In this document: in pieces, positions 1 to 9,701 of the stretch | Numbering within the stretch: position 1 is the first letter of the stretch | Layout: the number at the start of each line of letters is the position of its first letter | DNA from: Pseudomonadota bacterium | GTDB lineage: Bacteria; Bdellovibrionota; Bdellovibrionia; Bdellovibrionales; Bdellovibrionaceae | Reading direction: 5' to 3' | Length of the DNA: 64,000 nt | Assembly (NCBI GenBank): GCA_041178425.1 | Contig: JBEGVH010000017.1 | Coordinates: 1-64,000, forward strand | Program-made: the position numbers and the translations under genes | Notes under the pieces: model-generated | The model's database searches: none | Seen by the model: the letters and a program-made list of their open reading frames with translations, nothing else | What the model was told of the DNA's origin: nothing

Positions 1-3000
1 TGAACGGTGAGTTGGGAGGGAGCTTGTTTCAATAGGTCATTGTAAGCGATTTTTTTCATTTCTTCGAAGACGTCATTAAAAAGAGTCGTTTCGTTATTCA
101 CTGGATCCAAGAGGTACTCAATCGTTTTTAGGCGTCCTTCGAAGGTCATTGCCGAGATCTGTGATGCCAAAAGTGATCCTACGCGAACGAGCATGGGATT
201 AGCTCTTCGCCAGTTTTGCGATTTTTGATCTTCGATAAAACCATCCAGTTCACTTCCTCGCAATTGCAGGCTCCATCCGATGGATTCAATAAAATCATCC
301 TTGGCCATTGAGCCGTTTGGTGCATAGCGATTGAGGTCAGTCAAAAGTCTATCTAGTACATAACGATCAACCTTTTTGCCTTGTTCGATGACGTTTTCTT
401 TCAGATAATTAAGGCGTAAACCAATAAATAATTTGGCAAATTCAAGACGTAGGGAATCCGAAGAGAAACGTCCTTCTTCGAGATAATTCATTACCTGCAT
501 TTTTGTTTTTTCGTTCATAGATTGAATATTATAAAGGCTGCGAAAAAAACGATCTGTCTCTTTTGTTGGTCCTGATTCGGTCAGGGATAAAAAGAGCTGC
601 AACTTTTGCTTTTGGCTCAGAGGAAGGGCGCTAGAACGTTTAAGTATTGTGGCCTTGATTCTTTGGATTCTAGCTGAGTTAAACTGTACAGTTTCTGAAT
701 TCGCCAAGTGCTCTATCTCGGTGGTTTCACCTTCAGAGAGGCTCTTCTCATAAATCGACTTTCTATGTTCTATCGGCTTAAGAAGATCGGCTATTTTTTG
801 TAGATCGGCGAAAGTTTTAATCTCAAGGCTTTGAAGATCGGACTGAATGAATGGTTCCGAGGCATCGACTGCACGGTAATAGTACGAGTCTTGAATATCT
901 TGAGATACAGCCATTTCTTTAATTTTGGAAAAAAAGGAGAGGGTGTTCTCATTGAAGATGTTTTTGTAGACTTCAAAAATTTTTGCATTAATGGCAGAAT
1001 CGCTTACCGAGCGAAGGCTGAGGGCCTTGTCGAGTTCATCCTCGTAGCGATTGACGGCATGAAGTGTTTTTTTAAAGTTGAACCAGTCCGTTGACTCTTT
1101 GCTAGCAGAAAAAGGCTTTGATTCAAAAAAGAGGGCATTAAACCATTCCTGTTTTTTCTCAATCGGCTTTGTTGAAGCTATAATAAGATTGAGTTGTGAT
1201 TCCAAGAAAAAGTGCTTGTTCCAGTGAGTCACTTCGTCTTGAAAACTTTCACCAAGCGAATCACTTTTCGATTTTTTTGGGAAGAAAACCTTATGCGCTT
1301 TCATCATGGCCTGCAGATGATCAGAAATCGATTGGCTTTGCTTTGAGGCTTCGCTGAGTTGGAGCGGATATTCTCTAGAAAAGACCCTTTTTTGTTTTAT
1401 GGAGTAGCTAGCGAAAAGAGTTTGCGCCTTTGCCGCTTCCGATGGCGACAAAGAGTGAGCGAGTTTTTCTGAGTTTCTCGATGAGACTTGTCCGAGAATG
1501 TAGGGCTTAAGATTTTTGGTGTTCCAAGGCAGCCAAGTCTCGAGGCCTTTGGTGCTCGGTTGTTGATTGATAGTAGGAACAGCCAAAAGAAGTTCGCGAT
1601 AGCCAGGAGTTTCTGGGTAGTGTTTTTCGCCTTTCATGTATTTGAGAACGTCTGTTTGAATCTTGTTTTTTCCAATCGAGGGTTTTATTTCGAGAACTTC
1701 AAAAATAAAGTTCCAATCAATGACATTATCGCGAAACATGATTTCAAGAGCACCGTAGAACCCACGGAGGTTCCATACTCCCTCGGCTAGGGCGCGCACC
1801 TCTGCGATGAGAGGTTCAACCTCTGGGTGTCGGCCTGATTGAGCATAGATTTTGGCTCGACGGTATTGCTGCGCGATCGTTTGATGGTCTTTGTCCGAAG
1901 GGCTGTCGAGCACCGGAATGGGAAACCAATGGGCGTTCGCCTGAAGTCTTAAGAGTCCAAAATTTGCAGGTTCTTTATTTATTTCTGAACGCAGGGGATT
2001 GAGTAATTGTATAAGTTTACTTTGAAAGCGGAGGCCCAGGTCTGCTAGCCTTTCAAGGTCTTCTTTAGCGTGACCTTTGGGGGATCCACTCTCGCGCATT
2101 GAAGAAGGATCAAAATAATAAGTTTTAACTATGCCCTTTAGAGCTTCGCCAAATTGAGCAAAAAAAGTATCTGGATGTGAAAGGCTGGCTAAAGCAAAAA
2201 GCTCCTGACTAAATTCGATATCCCACTCAGCTTGAAATCGTTCCTCGTTGAGTTTGGTTTCGGCCATTTCTCTCAGAAAACTTTGAACAATAGGAAGTTT
2301 GTAAGCCTCTAACGTTTCGATAAAATAAAAATGGCTCGGCGATTTTGCGAAGGGCGATTGACCCGAACTAGTGGTGATTTCTCCGCGAATAGTTTTCGGG
2401 GTATAAATATTGAGCCGATTTTGCCAGTGTTCCGCTGACGTTGTTTCGAAGACTTGGCGGAGAAATTGATCGAAGAGCGCGAGTTCATGATCTGTCAGAT
2501 TGATTTTGTTTTGCTGTTTTTGCAGAAGCATTTCATCGAAAGATAAGATAAGGCGATTAAACTCGAGGTTTTTAAACGTATACCCTTTATCTTGATCCCG
2601 AATAAGGTTTGTTAAACGGTGAACGACCTCTTCCATACTTTTTGGGTTAACGTAGGGATATCGGCCGTTCTTTGAAATCAACTGATTGAGTTCTTTTTTG
2701 AATTCTTTCGGATTTGGTATGAGAGCCTCGAGATTTCTTGCGTCAGACAGCATTCCTTTGTCTAAACGATCCAAAGTCAGAAAGAGCTTTGCACTGGTCA
2801 GCCGAAAATCATGATGGGGATGGGTCGAAGCCGCGGCTCCGACAGAACTTGATCGTTGATTGGCGTCTTTACCAAATAGGTGCATGAGGCCCTTGTAGAG
2901 GCCATCGACCGGGTAATTGGCTTCGCGCAGAATGCGCATGGCATCGATGTCGGCTCTAATTTCGATCGCTTGAGAGGCTTCCGACCCGTAATGGTCTTGT

Positions 3001-3551
3001 ATCACAATGCCTCCGCCTTCGCCCCAAGCACTGGCGGCATCCATGGGGTGGCCTAGCTCGTGGGCAATGATTCCTGAGATTCGAGAAAAGCCTTCCTGTA
3101 ATTGAACGCCCTCAAGCATAGAGCGAAGGAGCTCTGTTGTAACAAAAAGGTGATTGGCAAAAAGTCGGATTCCTTTTTTGCTATCGGTCCATACAAACGC
3201 GTTTGCAATGGGTGAGTCGACGATATGAACATAGTTGATGGTAACGGATGAACCTTCAGTAAGGCGCCCCTGTGCGTAGCTTAACTCCGAGAAGAGGTTG
3301 GCAAGCAGGTTATGCAGAGCCGGTTGCTCCTCGGGTTTTAAAATAGGACCCCACTCAGAATGGATTTGGCTCAGGAGTTCTTCGTTTTGAGGAAGGTCGG
3401 TCATGCTCGATTCAAAACGACTAAGTCTATCAAAGTTACTTTTCTTAGGGCGTGTCTTGGAGCCCGCGAGGGCGGGCGCAGTCAGGAGATTCATCGAGCT
3501 GGTTAAAATGAGGCTCCACTTGATAGTGGTTTGCAAATATCCTGAATTCAT
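1..3551 (-). CDS. Very large secreted protein (>1180 aa, runs off the left edge) with an N-terminal M48-family zinc metallopeptidase domain
   Basis: Translated by hand from ATG 3551 (GGGAGAG RBS upstream): MNSGYLQTTIKWSLILTSSMNLLTAPALAG (signal-like)...VHIVDSPIANAFVW...IIAHELGHP (HExxH at 3048-3062)...EIRADIDA...ASTHP. The same frame is still open at position 1 (..MKKIAYNDLLKQAPSQLTV). The middle was not translated codon by codon; continuity is inferred from the ORF being absent from the track, as expected if no stop lies in the window. Confidence 0.85.
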   Translation of the reverse strand, partial: MNSGYLQTTIKWSLILTSSMNLLTAPALAGSKTRPKKSNFDRLSRFESSMTDLPQNEELLSQIHSEWGPILKPEEQPALHNLLANLFSELSYAQGRLTEGSSVTINYVHIVDSPIANAFVWTDSKKGIRLFANHLFVTTELLRSMLEGVQLQEGFSRISGIIAHELGHPMDAASAWGEGGGIVIQDHYGSEASQAIEIRADIDAMRILREANYPVDGLYKGLMHLFGKDANQRSSSVGAAASTHPHHDFRLTSAKLFLTLDRLDKGMLSDARNLEALIPNPKEFKKELNQLISKNGRYPYVNPKSMEEVVHRLTNLIRDQDKGYTFKNLEFNRLILSFDEMLLQKQQNKINLTDHELALFDQFLRQVFETTSAEHWQNRLNIYTPKTIRGEITTSSGQSPFAKSPSHFYFIETLEAYKLPIVQSFLREMAETKLNEERFQAEWDIEFSQELFALASLSHPDTFFAQFGEALKGIVKTYYFDPSSMRESGSPKGHAKEDLERLADLGLRFQSKLIQLLNPLRSEINKEPANFGLLRLQANAHWFPIPVLDSPSDKDHQTIAQQYRRAKIYAQSGRHPEVEPLIAEVRALAEGVWNLRGFYGALEIMFRDNVIDWNFIFEVLEIKPSIGKNKIQTDVLKYMKGEKHYPETPGYRELLLAVPTINQQPSTKGLETWLPWNTKNLKPYILGQVSSRNSEKLAHSLSPSEAAKAQTLFASYSIKQKRVFSREYPLQLSEASKQSQSISDHLQAMMKAHKVFFPKKSKSDSLGESFQDEVTHWNKHFFLESQLNLIIASTKPIEKKQEWFNALFFESKPFSASKESTDWFNFKKTLHAVNRYEDELDKALSLRSVSDSAINAKIFEVYKNIFNENTLSFFSKIKEMAVSQDIQDSYYYRAVDASEPFIQSDLQSLEIKTFADLQKIADLLKPIEHRKSIYEKSLSEGETTEIEHLANSETVQFNSARIQRIKATILKRSSALPLSQKQKLQLFLSLTESGPTKETDRFFRSLYNIQSMNEKTKMQVMNYLEEGRFSSDSLRLEFAKLFIGLRLNYLKENVIEQGKKVDRYVLDRLLTDLNRYAPNGSMAKDDFIESIGWSLQLRGSELDGFIEDQKSQNWRRANPMLVRVGSLLASQISAMTFEGRLKTIEYLLDPVNNETTLFNDVFEEMKKIAYNDLLKQAPSQLTV

Positions 3552-3620
3552 CGAACTCTCCCATTCTGGTCCTTCCAGCTATTACTGCGGACCAATCGCT
3601 TCTTTGGGACAAAGAGAGGT

Positions 3621-3637
3621 TGCAAGGGGAAGGCCAG
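3621..3637 (-). promoter_or_regulatory. Putative sigma-54 (-24/-12) promoter
   Basis: Minus strand reads CTGGCCTTCCCCTTGCA (TGGC-N7-TTGCA, exact GG-N10-GC spacing), about 70 nt upstream of the M48 gene start. Confidence 0.55.
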
Positions 3638-3898
3638 AATTTTTGAACATCCCCTAAAAGATTTTTCCATCTATAAACAGAGAGTGTTGACAAATAATCA
3701 AAGTTTAAGCGTGACGAGGACGGTCACAATTGAAGGTTAAAATGACATTTTTTTGTTCGAAAAAACGATATGGTTTTTATGCTCCATAAAACGGAGTTTT
3801 TCATTGGAGAAATAGCACTATTCTTATGGTGAATAATGGTATTCAAAAAATGAAATTTATCGATTCAAAGCGGATCGAGTCGAATTCTAGATTGGCGT

Positions 3899-4702
3899 TC
3901 ATTGCAACGTCAAACAAGCCTCAGGTGGCGCTTGCGTTTTTCGTTTGAAAACTTCAAATTCGTCGGCGTTGAGTTCAAACAAACTTTGTGGACATTCGTT
4001 ATCACGAATAAAATTTCTAATGGCTTCTGCTTCTACAACGGCAATCTTTAAACGCCAAATAGCCTTAATGCGCAACCAAATGGCTAGATAACCGCATTGA
4101 AAATTTGAATTAAGCGGAAGGTAGCGCTCGGGGCCCCGCTCTCCCTTGGAGAGGTTTTCAAACTTTGAGACAGCAATGAGGTGTGTTGGATCATCGATAA
4201 AATTCTCATAATGACAACGCTTGGCCTTTGACCATTCTGCGGCTCCGGCCAGGTAAGCATTTTTTAAAGGTACTACGTGGTCAACGTGGATATCTCTGGC
4301 CATAAAAAGGTATTCATCGGAGTAGGGATCATACCAACTGCTCGAGAGAACTTTACAGGCATTTGTGGGATCGTAGGTGATCGGTTGTATCGATTGTCGA
4401 AGCAGGACGAGATTGCGAGTGTCAAAACAGGTTTGGTGGCTAGGATCTTTGATCCAGCCCGAATAGTGTTTGGTACGCTTGTAGTCTTCGGGTGCTTGGT
4501 AAGAGGGATCTTGGTGGTAGGTCCAAGCTAAAAGAGAACGATGAAGACGGCCCTGCTGATCATCAACTTGAAAATAAGCCTCAAATGTATAGTTCTCGCG
4601 CAAAGTTGAGAGAACGTCTTTGGCCAAAGAACCATGGGCCAGCAAGCTTATAGCCAATAGGAAAAATAAATGGATCACTCTTGAACTCTGCATTGAGGGC
4701 AT
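3899..4702 (-). CDS. Secreted HNH endonuclease family protein (DUF1524-like)
   Basis: Signal peptide; WYDPY, DIHVDHVVPLKNAYLAGA, LIAVSKFENLSKG and C-x-Y-x3-W-x2-IK motifs. Confidence 0.8.
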   Translation of the reverse strand: MPSMQSSRVIHLFFLLAISLLAHGSLAKDVLSTLRENYTFEAYFQVDDQQGRLHRSLLAWTYHQDPSYQAPEDYKRTKHYSGWIKDPSHQTCFDTRNLVLLRQSIQPITYDPTNACKVLSSSWYDPYSDEYLFMARDIHVDHVVPLKNAYLAGAAEWSKAKRCHYENFIDDPTHLIAVSKFENLSKGERGPERYLPLNSNFQCGYLAIWLRIKAIWRLKIAVVEAEAIRNFIRDNECPQSLFELNADEFEVFKRKTQAPPEACLTLQ

Positions 4703-4849
4703 TCAATTATGCAGAATCTGAATTGTCCAGAACCCTGAGAGAAAGTACTGGCGCATTAATTAGGTCGTGCCATTAATATTTTCGACAAGGTGAGAGAAGA
4801 GGATGTTGTCTTTGACAAGACAAATTTTCTAGGTGTCGGAAAAATATCT

Positions 4850-5317
4850 TTAGCGAAAAAACATCTGTTTTTCGGCCTGTTGGTCATTGAGTGGCATTGG
4901 AATTGAGTCCTGACCAAATCGTCTTAGAATAGCGTTGAGCTCGTTTTTAGTTGGATTTTTTGTTGTTAAGACCGTTTCAAACAAATCGATAAGTCCTTGG
5001 GAAGAAACAGTTTGTGAAGGCTCTCGAACCCAATGTGCGCTCCAGTCGGTAAAAAGTCGTTCATCGACAGTGCCCTCACTTAGGATGCGTACATTAAAGT
5101 GCCGATAAGTTCCCCTAATATGCCGAAAAAGATCGTGCACAGTGGCTTCGGTGCCCTCCAAATACTGCATAAAAAAACCGTGCCGAAACAAAAGCTGACC
5201 GGTCACTCCCGCATGAACGGAGCGCAAAACAGCCTTCTCAAGACACGCTAAGTGAGTCTCTTCATCGAGAAGCGTTGTCGCCTGACTAACATAGAGGAGA
5301 AACGAGACCGGGTTCAT
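4850..5317 (-). CDS. BLUF-domain protein (atypical residues)
   Basis: LLYVS, GVTGQLL, FFMQYLEG, RH and RLFxDWS motifs of BLUF; the conserved Asn and Met are replaced. Confidence 0.8.
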   Translation of the reverse strand: MNPVSFLLYVSQATTLLDEETHLACLEKAVLRSVHAGVTGQLLFRHGFFMQYLEGTEATVHDLFRHIRGTYRHFNVRILSEGTVDERLFTDWSAHWVREPSQTVSSQGLIDLFETVLTTKNPTKNELNAILRRFGQDSIPMPLNDQQAEKQMFFR

Positions 5318-5433
5318 GGTTTTAATATTCAGGGACGGCGTTTGAATCTCAAAACCATTTTAAGAATTGTTAATAAAACCAGATTTTTTGAGACACTTTT
5401 GCCTCTGGGCTCAAAAGCCTGAGACAAAGAAAG

Positions 5434-6033
5434 TCAAAGTTTGGGTTTATAATTAAGGCCAACCAAAAAAATCTCAAAGCTTCGAGTGCGGGTCGACTCT
5501 GGCTTGAGGACGTCAAGTTTTCCAAATTTCTTTTTTAGGTCGTTTCTAAAAAGGTCAAAATCTTTGCTTTGAAAGATTTTGCAGACAAAATAGCCACCGG
5601 GCTTAAGAATCTGTTCTGCCGTTTGCAAGGCCATTTGGCAAAGTTCTAAAGATCGAGCCTGATCCACATCGCGAATTCCGGTTGTTTTTGGGGCCATATC
5701 AGAGACGACACCGTCAACAGGGCAGGGGTGTTGATGGTCTGCTAAGAAATCTTTAACATTGGTCACAAGAAGGTCAGCCTGATAAAAGTGGGCATTGGGA
5801 AGGCTCAAGTTCACCGCAGTGAGATCAAAACCCACGACCGTTCCCGAGGGGCCTAACTTTTGCGAGAGCCATTGTGACCAAGAACCAGGAGCACAGCCAA
5901 GATCAACGACAGTTTGCCCGTTCCGAATAAATTTACTCTTTTGGTCAAGTTCCTGAAGCTTGTAAACACTTCGGGCGGCAAAACCCTCTTCTTTGGCTTT
6001 GTGGTAAAATCGGTCTTTAACTTTATAACTCAT
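5434..6033 (-). CDS. rlmE: 23S rRNA Um2552 2'-O-methyltransferase RlmE/FtsJ
   Basis: ARSVYKLQELD, VVDLGCAPGSWSQ, VVSDMAP, FVCKIFQ and KPESTR motifs. Confidence 0.92.
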   Translation of the reverse strand: MSYKVKDRFYHKAKEEGFAARSVYKLQELDQKSKFIRNGQTVVDLGCAPGSWSQWLSQKLGPSGTVVGFDLTAVNLSLPNAHFYQADLLVTNVKDFLADHQHPCPVDGVVSDMAPKTTGIRDVDQARSLELCQMALQTAEQILKPGGYFVCKIFQSKDFDLFRNDLKKKFGKLDVLKPESTRTRSFEIFLVGLNYKPKL

Positions 6034-6042
6034 GCCCCTGAT

Positions 6043-7167
6043 CTAAAACAGGTAGCGGCGATAAGCAACACTGGAAACAAGGCCCAGACCACACATGGTT
6101 GTTAGCATACTGGTTCCCCCATAAGAGAGCAGCGGGAGGGGAATTCCTACAATTGGTAATAGCCCAATGACCATTCCCATATTTATAAACATATGCCAAA
6201 AAACGTAAGACAACACTCCGACGGTCATGAGAGCCGCAAACTTATCGTTGGCTTGGTTGGCTATCTTGATTCCTACTAAAAAGAGAACCATAAAGAAGGT
6301 AAGAGTACAAAGGCTTCCAAAAAGACCCCATTCTTCACTCAAAACACTGTAAATAAAGTCGGTGTGGCGCTCGGGGAGAAATTCAAGTTGGGCTTGGGTT
6401 CCCTTGCGGAAGCCTTTTCCCCAGAACTTTCCAGATCCCACGGCGATTTTTGATTGAATGCTGTTGTAGCCAGTGCCACGTGGATCGGCCGTGGGTGACA
6501 TAAAGGTGAGAACCCGGTTTTTTTGGTAATCTCGCAGGCCAAAGTTCCAGGCAAGAGGGGCGGCAATGGCGACGGCGACAAGAGCAGATACAATGATTCC
6601 CTTTCGTACTTTAACAAAGAGAATCATTGAACCACCAATGGCAATCAACATCATCGCGGTTCCTAGATCGGGTTGTTCAACAACGAGCCCAAAGGGAATC
6701 AATAATAAAATGAGGGGCCAAATCATATCGCGAAAGCCCATGCCTGGGCCCATAGAGTTCTTTTCACTCAAAATATGGGCGAACAAAACAATCATGGCCA
6801 TCTTCATTGTTTCAGAAGGCTGGTAACGGAAGAATCCTAGGTCGATCCATCGTTGAGCGCCATAGGCCACTTTTCCGAAGAACGTAACACCCAAGAGTGC
6901 GCCGAGGTTGAGAATATAAATAACGTAGGCCAAGCGGCCGATAAATTGGTAGTCGATGATGGTTAAGATAAAGAACAGACCCCAACCCACTATGAGCCAT
7001 ACGATCTGCTGGTAAAATAAACCACCCATTTCTTCGCTGCTAATTCCATGAGTCGCGCTGTAGAGATTTAAAAGTCCAAAAGCGTTAAGCCCAAGAATGA
7101 TGAGTATGAGGCCCCAATCTAGCTTTGAGAAAAAATTACGTTCTTCAACTCTTAGTCCAAATTCCAT
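6043..7167 (-). CDS. rodA: Rod shape-determining SEDS glycosyltransferase RodA
   Basis: GAQRWI, QPSETMK, QPDLGTA, QSKIAVGSG, FLPERHTDFI and PLLSYGG motifs; downstream of PBP2. Confidence 0.95.
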   Translation of the reverse strand: MEFGLRVEERNFFSKLDWGLILIILGLNAFGLLNLYSATHGISSEEMGGLFYQQIVWLIVGWGLFFILTIIDYQFIGRLAYVIYILNLGALLGVTFFGKVAYGAQRWIDLGFFRYQPSETMKMAMIVLFAHILSEKNSMGPGMGFRDMIWPLILLLIPFGLVVEQPDLGTAMMLIAIGGSMILFVKVRKGIIVSALVAVAIAAPLAWNFGLRDYQKNRVLTFMSPTADPRGTGYNSIQSKIAVGSGKFWGKGFRKGTQAQLEFLPERHTDFIYSVLSEEWGLFGSLCTLTFFMVLFLVGIKIANQANDKFAALMTVGVLSYVFWHMFINMGMVIGLLPIVGIPLPLLSYGGTSMLTTMCGLGLVSSVAYRRYLF

Positions 7168-7170
7168 TTT

Positions 7171-9165
7171 TTATTCTCCGTCGATCGCGCTCGGGTCGAC
7201 ACCGGGTTTAACCGGCATAATTTTAATCGTTTTCATATCTTTGTCGTTAGCGAAAAGTTCAGGATGGTTCTTTTTCATATAGGCCTGAACAATATCACGA
7301 ACGACGGGTGCCGCCCCAGTGCTTCCGTGGCAAGCGTGCTCAGCCAAAACAGCAACAGTGATTTCAGGATTTTCAGCCGGAGCAAAGGCCACAAACCAGC
7401 CATGGTGGCGATAGTTAAGTGGGCGAGAGGTACACTCTGTGTAGATATCATCGGCATTGAATGATCGAACCTGACTGGTTCCTGTTTTACCAGCCATTTC
7501 AACGTGAGGAACCTTCCAGTGTTTCGCAGTTCCCCGTTCTCCTTGAACCACCCGGCGCATAGCTTCTTTGACGGTCTGAAAAGTTTGAGGGCTAATTTTA
7601 ACACCGTTAGGTTGCAGTTTTTGAAGATCACGCACAAGTTCTGGATGGTGTTCTTCGATCACCTGTCCGCGGGGATCAATGAGTTTTTGAATGAGGAAGG
7701 GCTTCACGACTTTGCCTTCGGTGCCAATGGCATTATAAGCGATGGCCATTTGCAGGGGGGTGGCCGTAACATAACCCTGACCAATCGCTGTGCTGAGGTT
7801 TTCTCCCGGTTGCCATTCCTCGCCAACGTTTTTCATTTTCCAAGCGGCACTCGGCAGAAGACCGCCATTTTCTCGTTTTAACTCGATGTTCGTGCGGCTA
7901 CCGAGCCCAAACAGAGAAATGTACTTATACATTCGATCGATACCGAGAGAAATACCCATTTTGTAGAAGAAAACGTTGCTTGATCGTTCGATGGCTTCGA
8001 AAATCGAAATGTTTCCGAACCCGCCCTTTAAGTGATCGTGGTAGGGTCGGTTACCAAAGCGCAATGAACCAGGACAATTCACGATCGTTGATGCTGTTAT
8101 GATTTTTTCTTCTAGGGATGTGATAGCCATCAGGGGTTTAAAAGTCGAACCAGGAGCTGTGTGATCTTGAATGACCTTGTTTCTGAAGGGCTTGAAGGGG
8201 TCATTAATCATTTTTGCAAAAAGATCAGGGCTAATTCCCTTTGAAAATTCATTGGGGTCGAAGGAAGGCGTGCTAACCCAAGCAAGAACTTCGCCGTTGC
8301 TCTTTATAGCGGCGACGGCACCGATTCTTTGTAAATCGCTAAATGATTTAAAGGCTACTTCTTGAAGGTCTCTATCGATTGTGAGCTGGATGTTGTGGCC
8401 TGGAGTTGGCTCAATGTCTTTGATTTGTTGACCAAGAATTTTGTTGTCGGTCGCACCAAGTTCGCGACCATGGGCGTCTACCTGAATAAAAGAGTATCCA
8501 TCGCGGCCACGCAATTCGATATCACGGAGTTCTTCAACTCCGGATTTTCCTATCAGATCCCCTTGCTCAAAAACAATTTTATCTTTGAACTGCTGATTGA
8601 GGATGGGAAGTTGTTTTTTCGAAATCTCGGCCACATACCCAAAAAGCTGTGCTCCGTTGGGGCCAAGAGGATAACTACGAATAATATTTTCTCTCACCTC
8701 AACGCCAGGATAATCGATGCGAAGGGTTTGAACGCGGAACACTTCATCGAGGGTAAGATTCTCTTTCACCTTTACGATGGCGAAAGGCCCCATTTGTTTG
8801 CGCTTTTTTTGGATCTTTTGAAGGATCTTATCAGACTCCAGGCCAATTGCTTCAGACAAGACTTTTGTGGTGCGTTCAAGATCGTCTACGTATTGGGGAA
8901 GAATAACGGCATCGTAGGCCGCAAGGTTTTCAACCAGAATTCGTCCTTCACGATCGAAAATGAGCCCTCTCGGTGCGGTTAATTTGATTTCTTTAATTCT
9001 ATTTTTTTCTGAGAATTCTCGAAGCTCGGTTCCCTTTATAATTTGGAGGTACCAGAGCCTAGCCGTGAAGAGAATAAAAGTCATGGCTAGAAGAACGTAA
9101 ATGGGTCGGTAGCGCGGAACGTATTCCTTAGCCGCTTCCGGATTATTTACATATTGGGTGCTCAT
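7171..9165 (-). CDS. mrdA: Penicillin-binding protein 2
   Basis: N-terminal TM helix, APRGLIFDR, PGSTFKP (SxxK), SSNVFF (SxN) and AGKTGT (KTG). Confidence 0.95.
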   Translation of the reverse strand: MSTQYVNNPEAAKEYVPRYRPIYVLLAMTFILFTARLWYLQIIKGTELREFSEKNRIKEIKLTAPRGLIFDREGRILVENLAAYDAVILPQYVDDLERTTKVLSEAIGLESDKILQKIQKKRKQMGPFAIVKVKENLTLDEVFRVQTLRIDYPGVEVRENIIRSYPLGPNGAQLFGYVAEISKKQLPILNQQFKDKIVFEQGDLIGKSGVEELRDIELRGRDGYSFIQVDAHGRELGATDNKILGQQIKDIEPTPGHNIQLTIDRDLQEVAFKSFSDLQRIGAVAAIKSNGEVLAWVSTPSFDPNEFSKGISPDLFAKMINDPFKPFRNKVIQDHTAPGSTFKPLMAITSLEEKIITASTIVNCPGSLRFGNRPYHDHLKGGFGNISIFEAIERSSNVFFYKMGISLGIDRMYKYISLFGLGSRTNIELKRENGGLLPSAAWKMKNVGEEWQPGENLSTAIGQGYVTATPLQMAIAYNAIGTEGKVVKPFLIQKLIDPRGQVIEEHHPELVRDLQKLQPNGVKISPQTFQTVKEAMRRVVQGERGTAKHWKVPHVEMAGKTGTSQVRSFNADDIYTECTSRPLNYRHHGWFVAFAPAENPEITVAVLAEHACHGSTGAAPVVRDIVQAYMKKNHPELFANDKDMKTIKIMPVKPGVDPSAIDGE

Positions 9166-9701
9166 AATTCGAACTCTCCCGATTCAATAAGCGGAGTTTG
9201 AGAGGTTAAGCGTTCCCAGAACTTTAAAATAAAGTATACGGGCACAGCAAAAATAGGGGTGATGATGGCCTGAAAAATTCTTTCAGCGATCATTAAGTCT
9301 CTGATAGGGATTATTTCAAAAGCCCATGAGTTCACAAGATAGATCACTTGATAAAGAAACACACCCAAGAGGCTTGCGATGAGAAAGTACCTAGCTCCAG
9401 GCCAAAAAATACGTTCTTTGACGAAGTAGACGATACCAAACAGAATCACAATATTGAGCATCAGAAGGCCCATTGGGATCCAGCCAAAAAAGTAAACCTG
9501 TGCCGCGCAAACATAGGAAAGTAATATTCCTTCAATCGGGCGCCGATAAAGAGCAAGATAAAGTATAAACAAAATCCAAATGAGAGGACTAGGAAGGCTT
9601 CCAAAAAGTTGAGCCCAGAAACTGGTTTGAAACCCAGTGGCTAGGGCTACCAACATTAAGAACCCAAAGGAGTAAAGAACAAAAAAAGCAAATTTTCTCA
9701 T
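9162..9701 (-). CDS. mreD: Rod shape-determining protein MreD (divergent)
   Basis: 179-aa polytopic membrane protein with 4-nt overlaps to both mreC and mrdA. Confidence 0.7.
   Translation of the reverse strand: MRKFAFFVLYSFGFLMLVALATGFQTSFWAQLFGSLPSPLIWILFILYLALYRRPIEGILLSYVCAAQVYFFGWIPMGLLMLNIVILFGIVYFVKERIFWPGARYFLIASLLGVFLYQVIYLVNSWAFEIIPIRDLMIAERIFQAIITPIFAVPVYFILKFWERLTSQTPLIESGEFEL

Noticed and set aside
791..3693. Short ORFs listed in the track over the first 3.7 kb
   Set aside because: They are antisense or off-frame shadows of the large minus-strand M48 ORF.
3899..4702. Anti-phage restriction nuclease (GmrSD-like)
   Set aside because: It has a signal peptide and no methylase or DUF262 partner, so a secreted nuclease is more likely.
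8362..8982. 206-aa plus-strand ORF inside mrdA, and similar antisense ORFs elsewhere
   Set aside because: They lie fully opposite well-supported genes and have no recognisable motifs.
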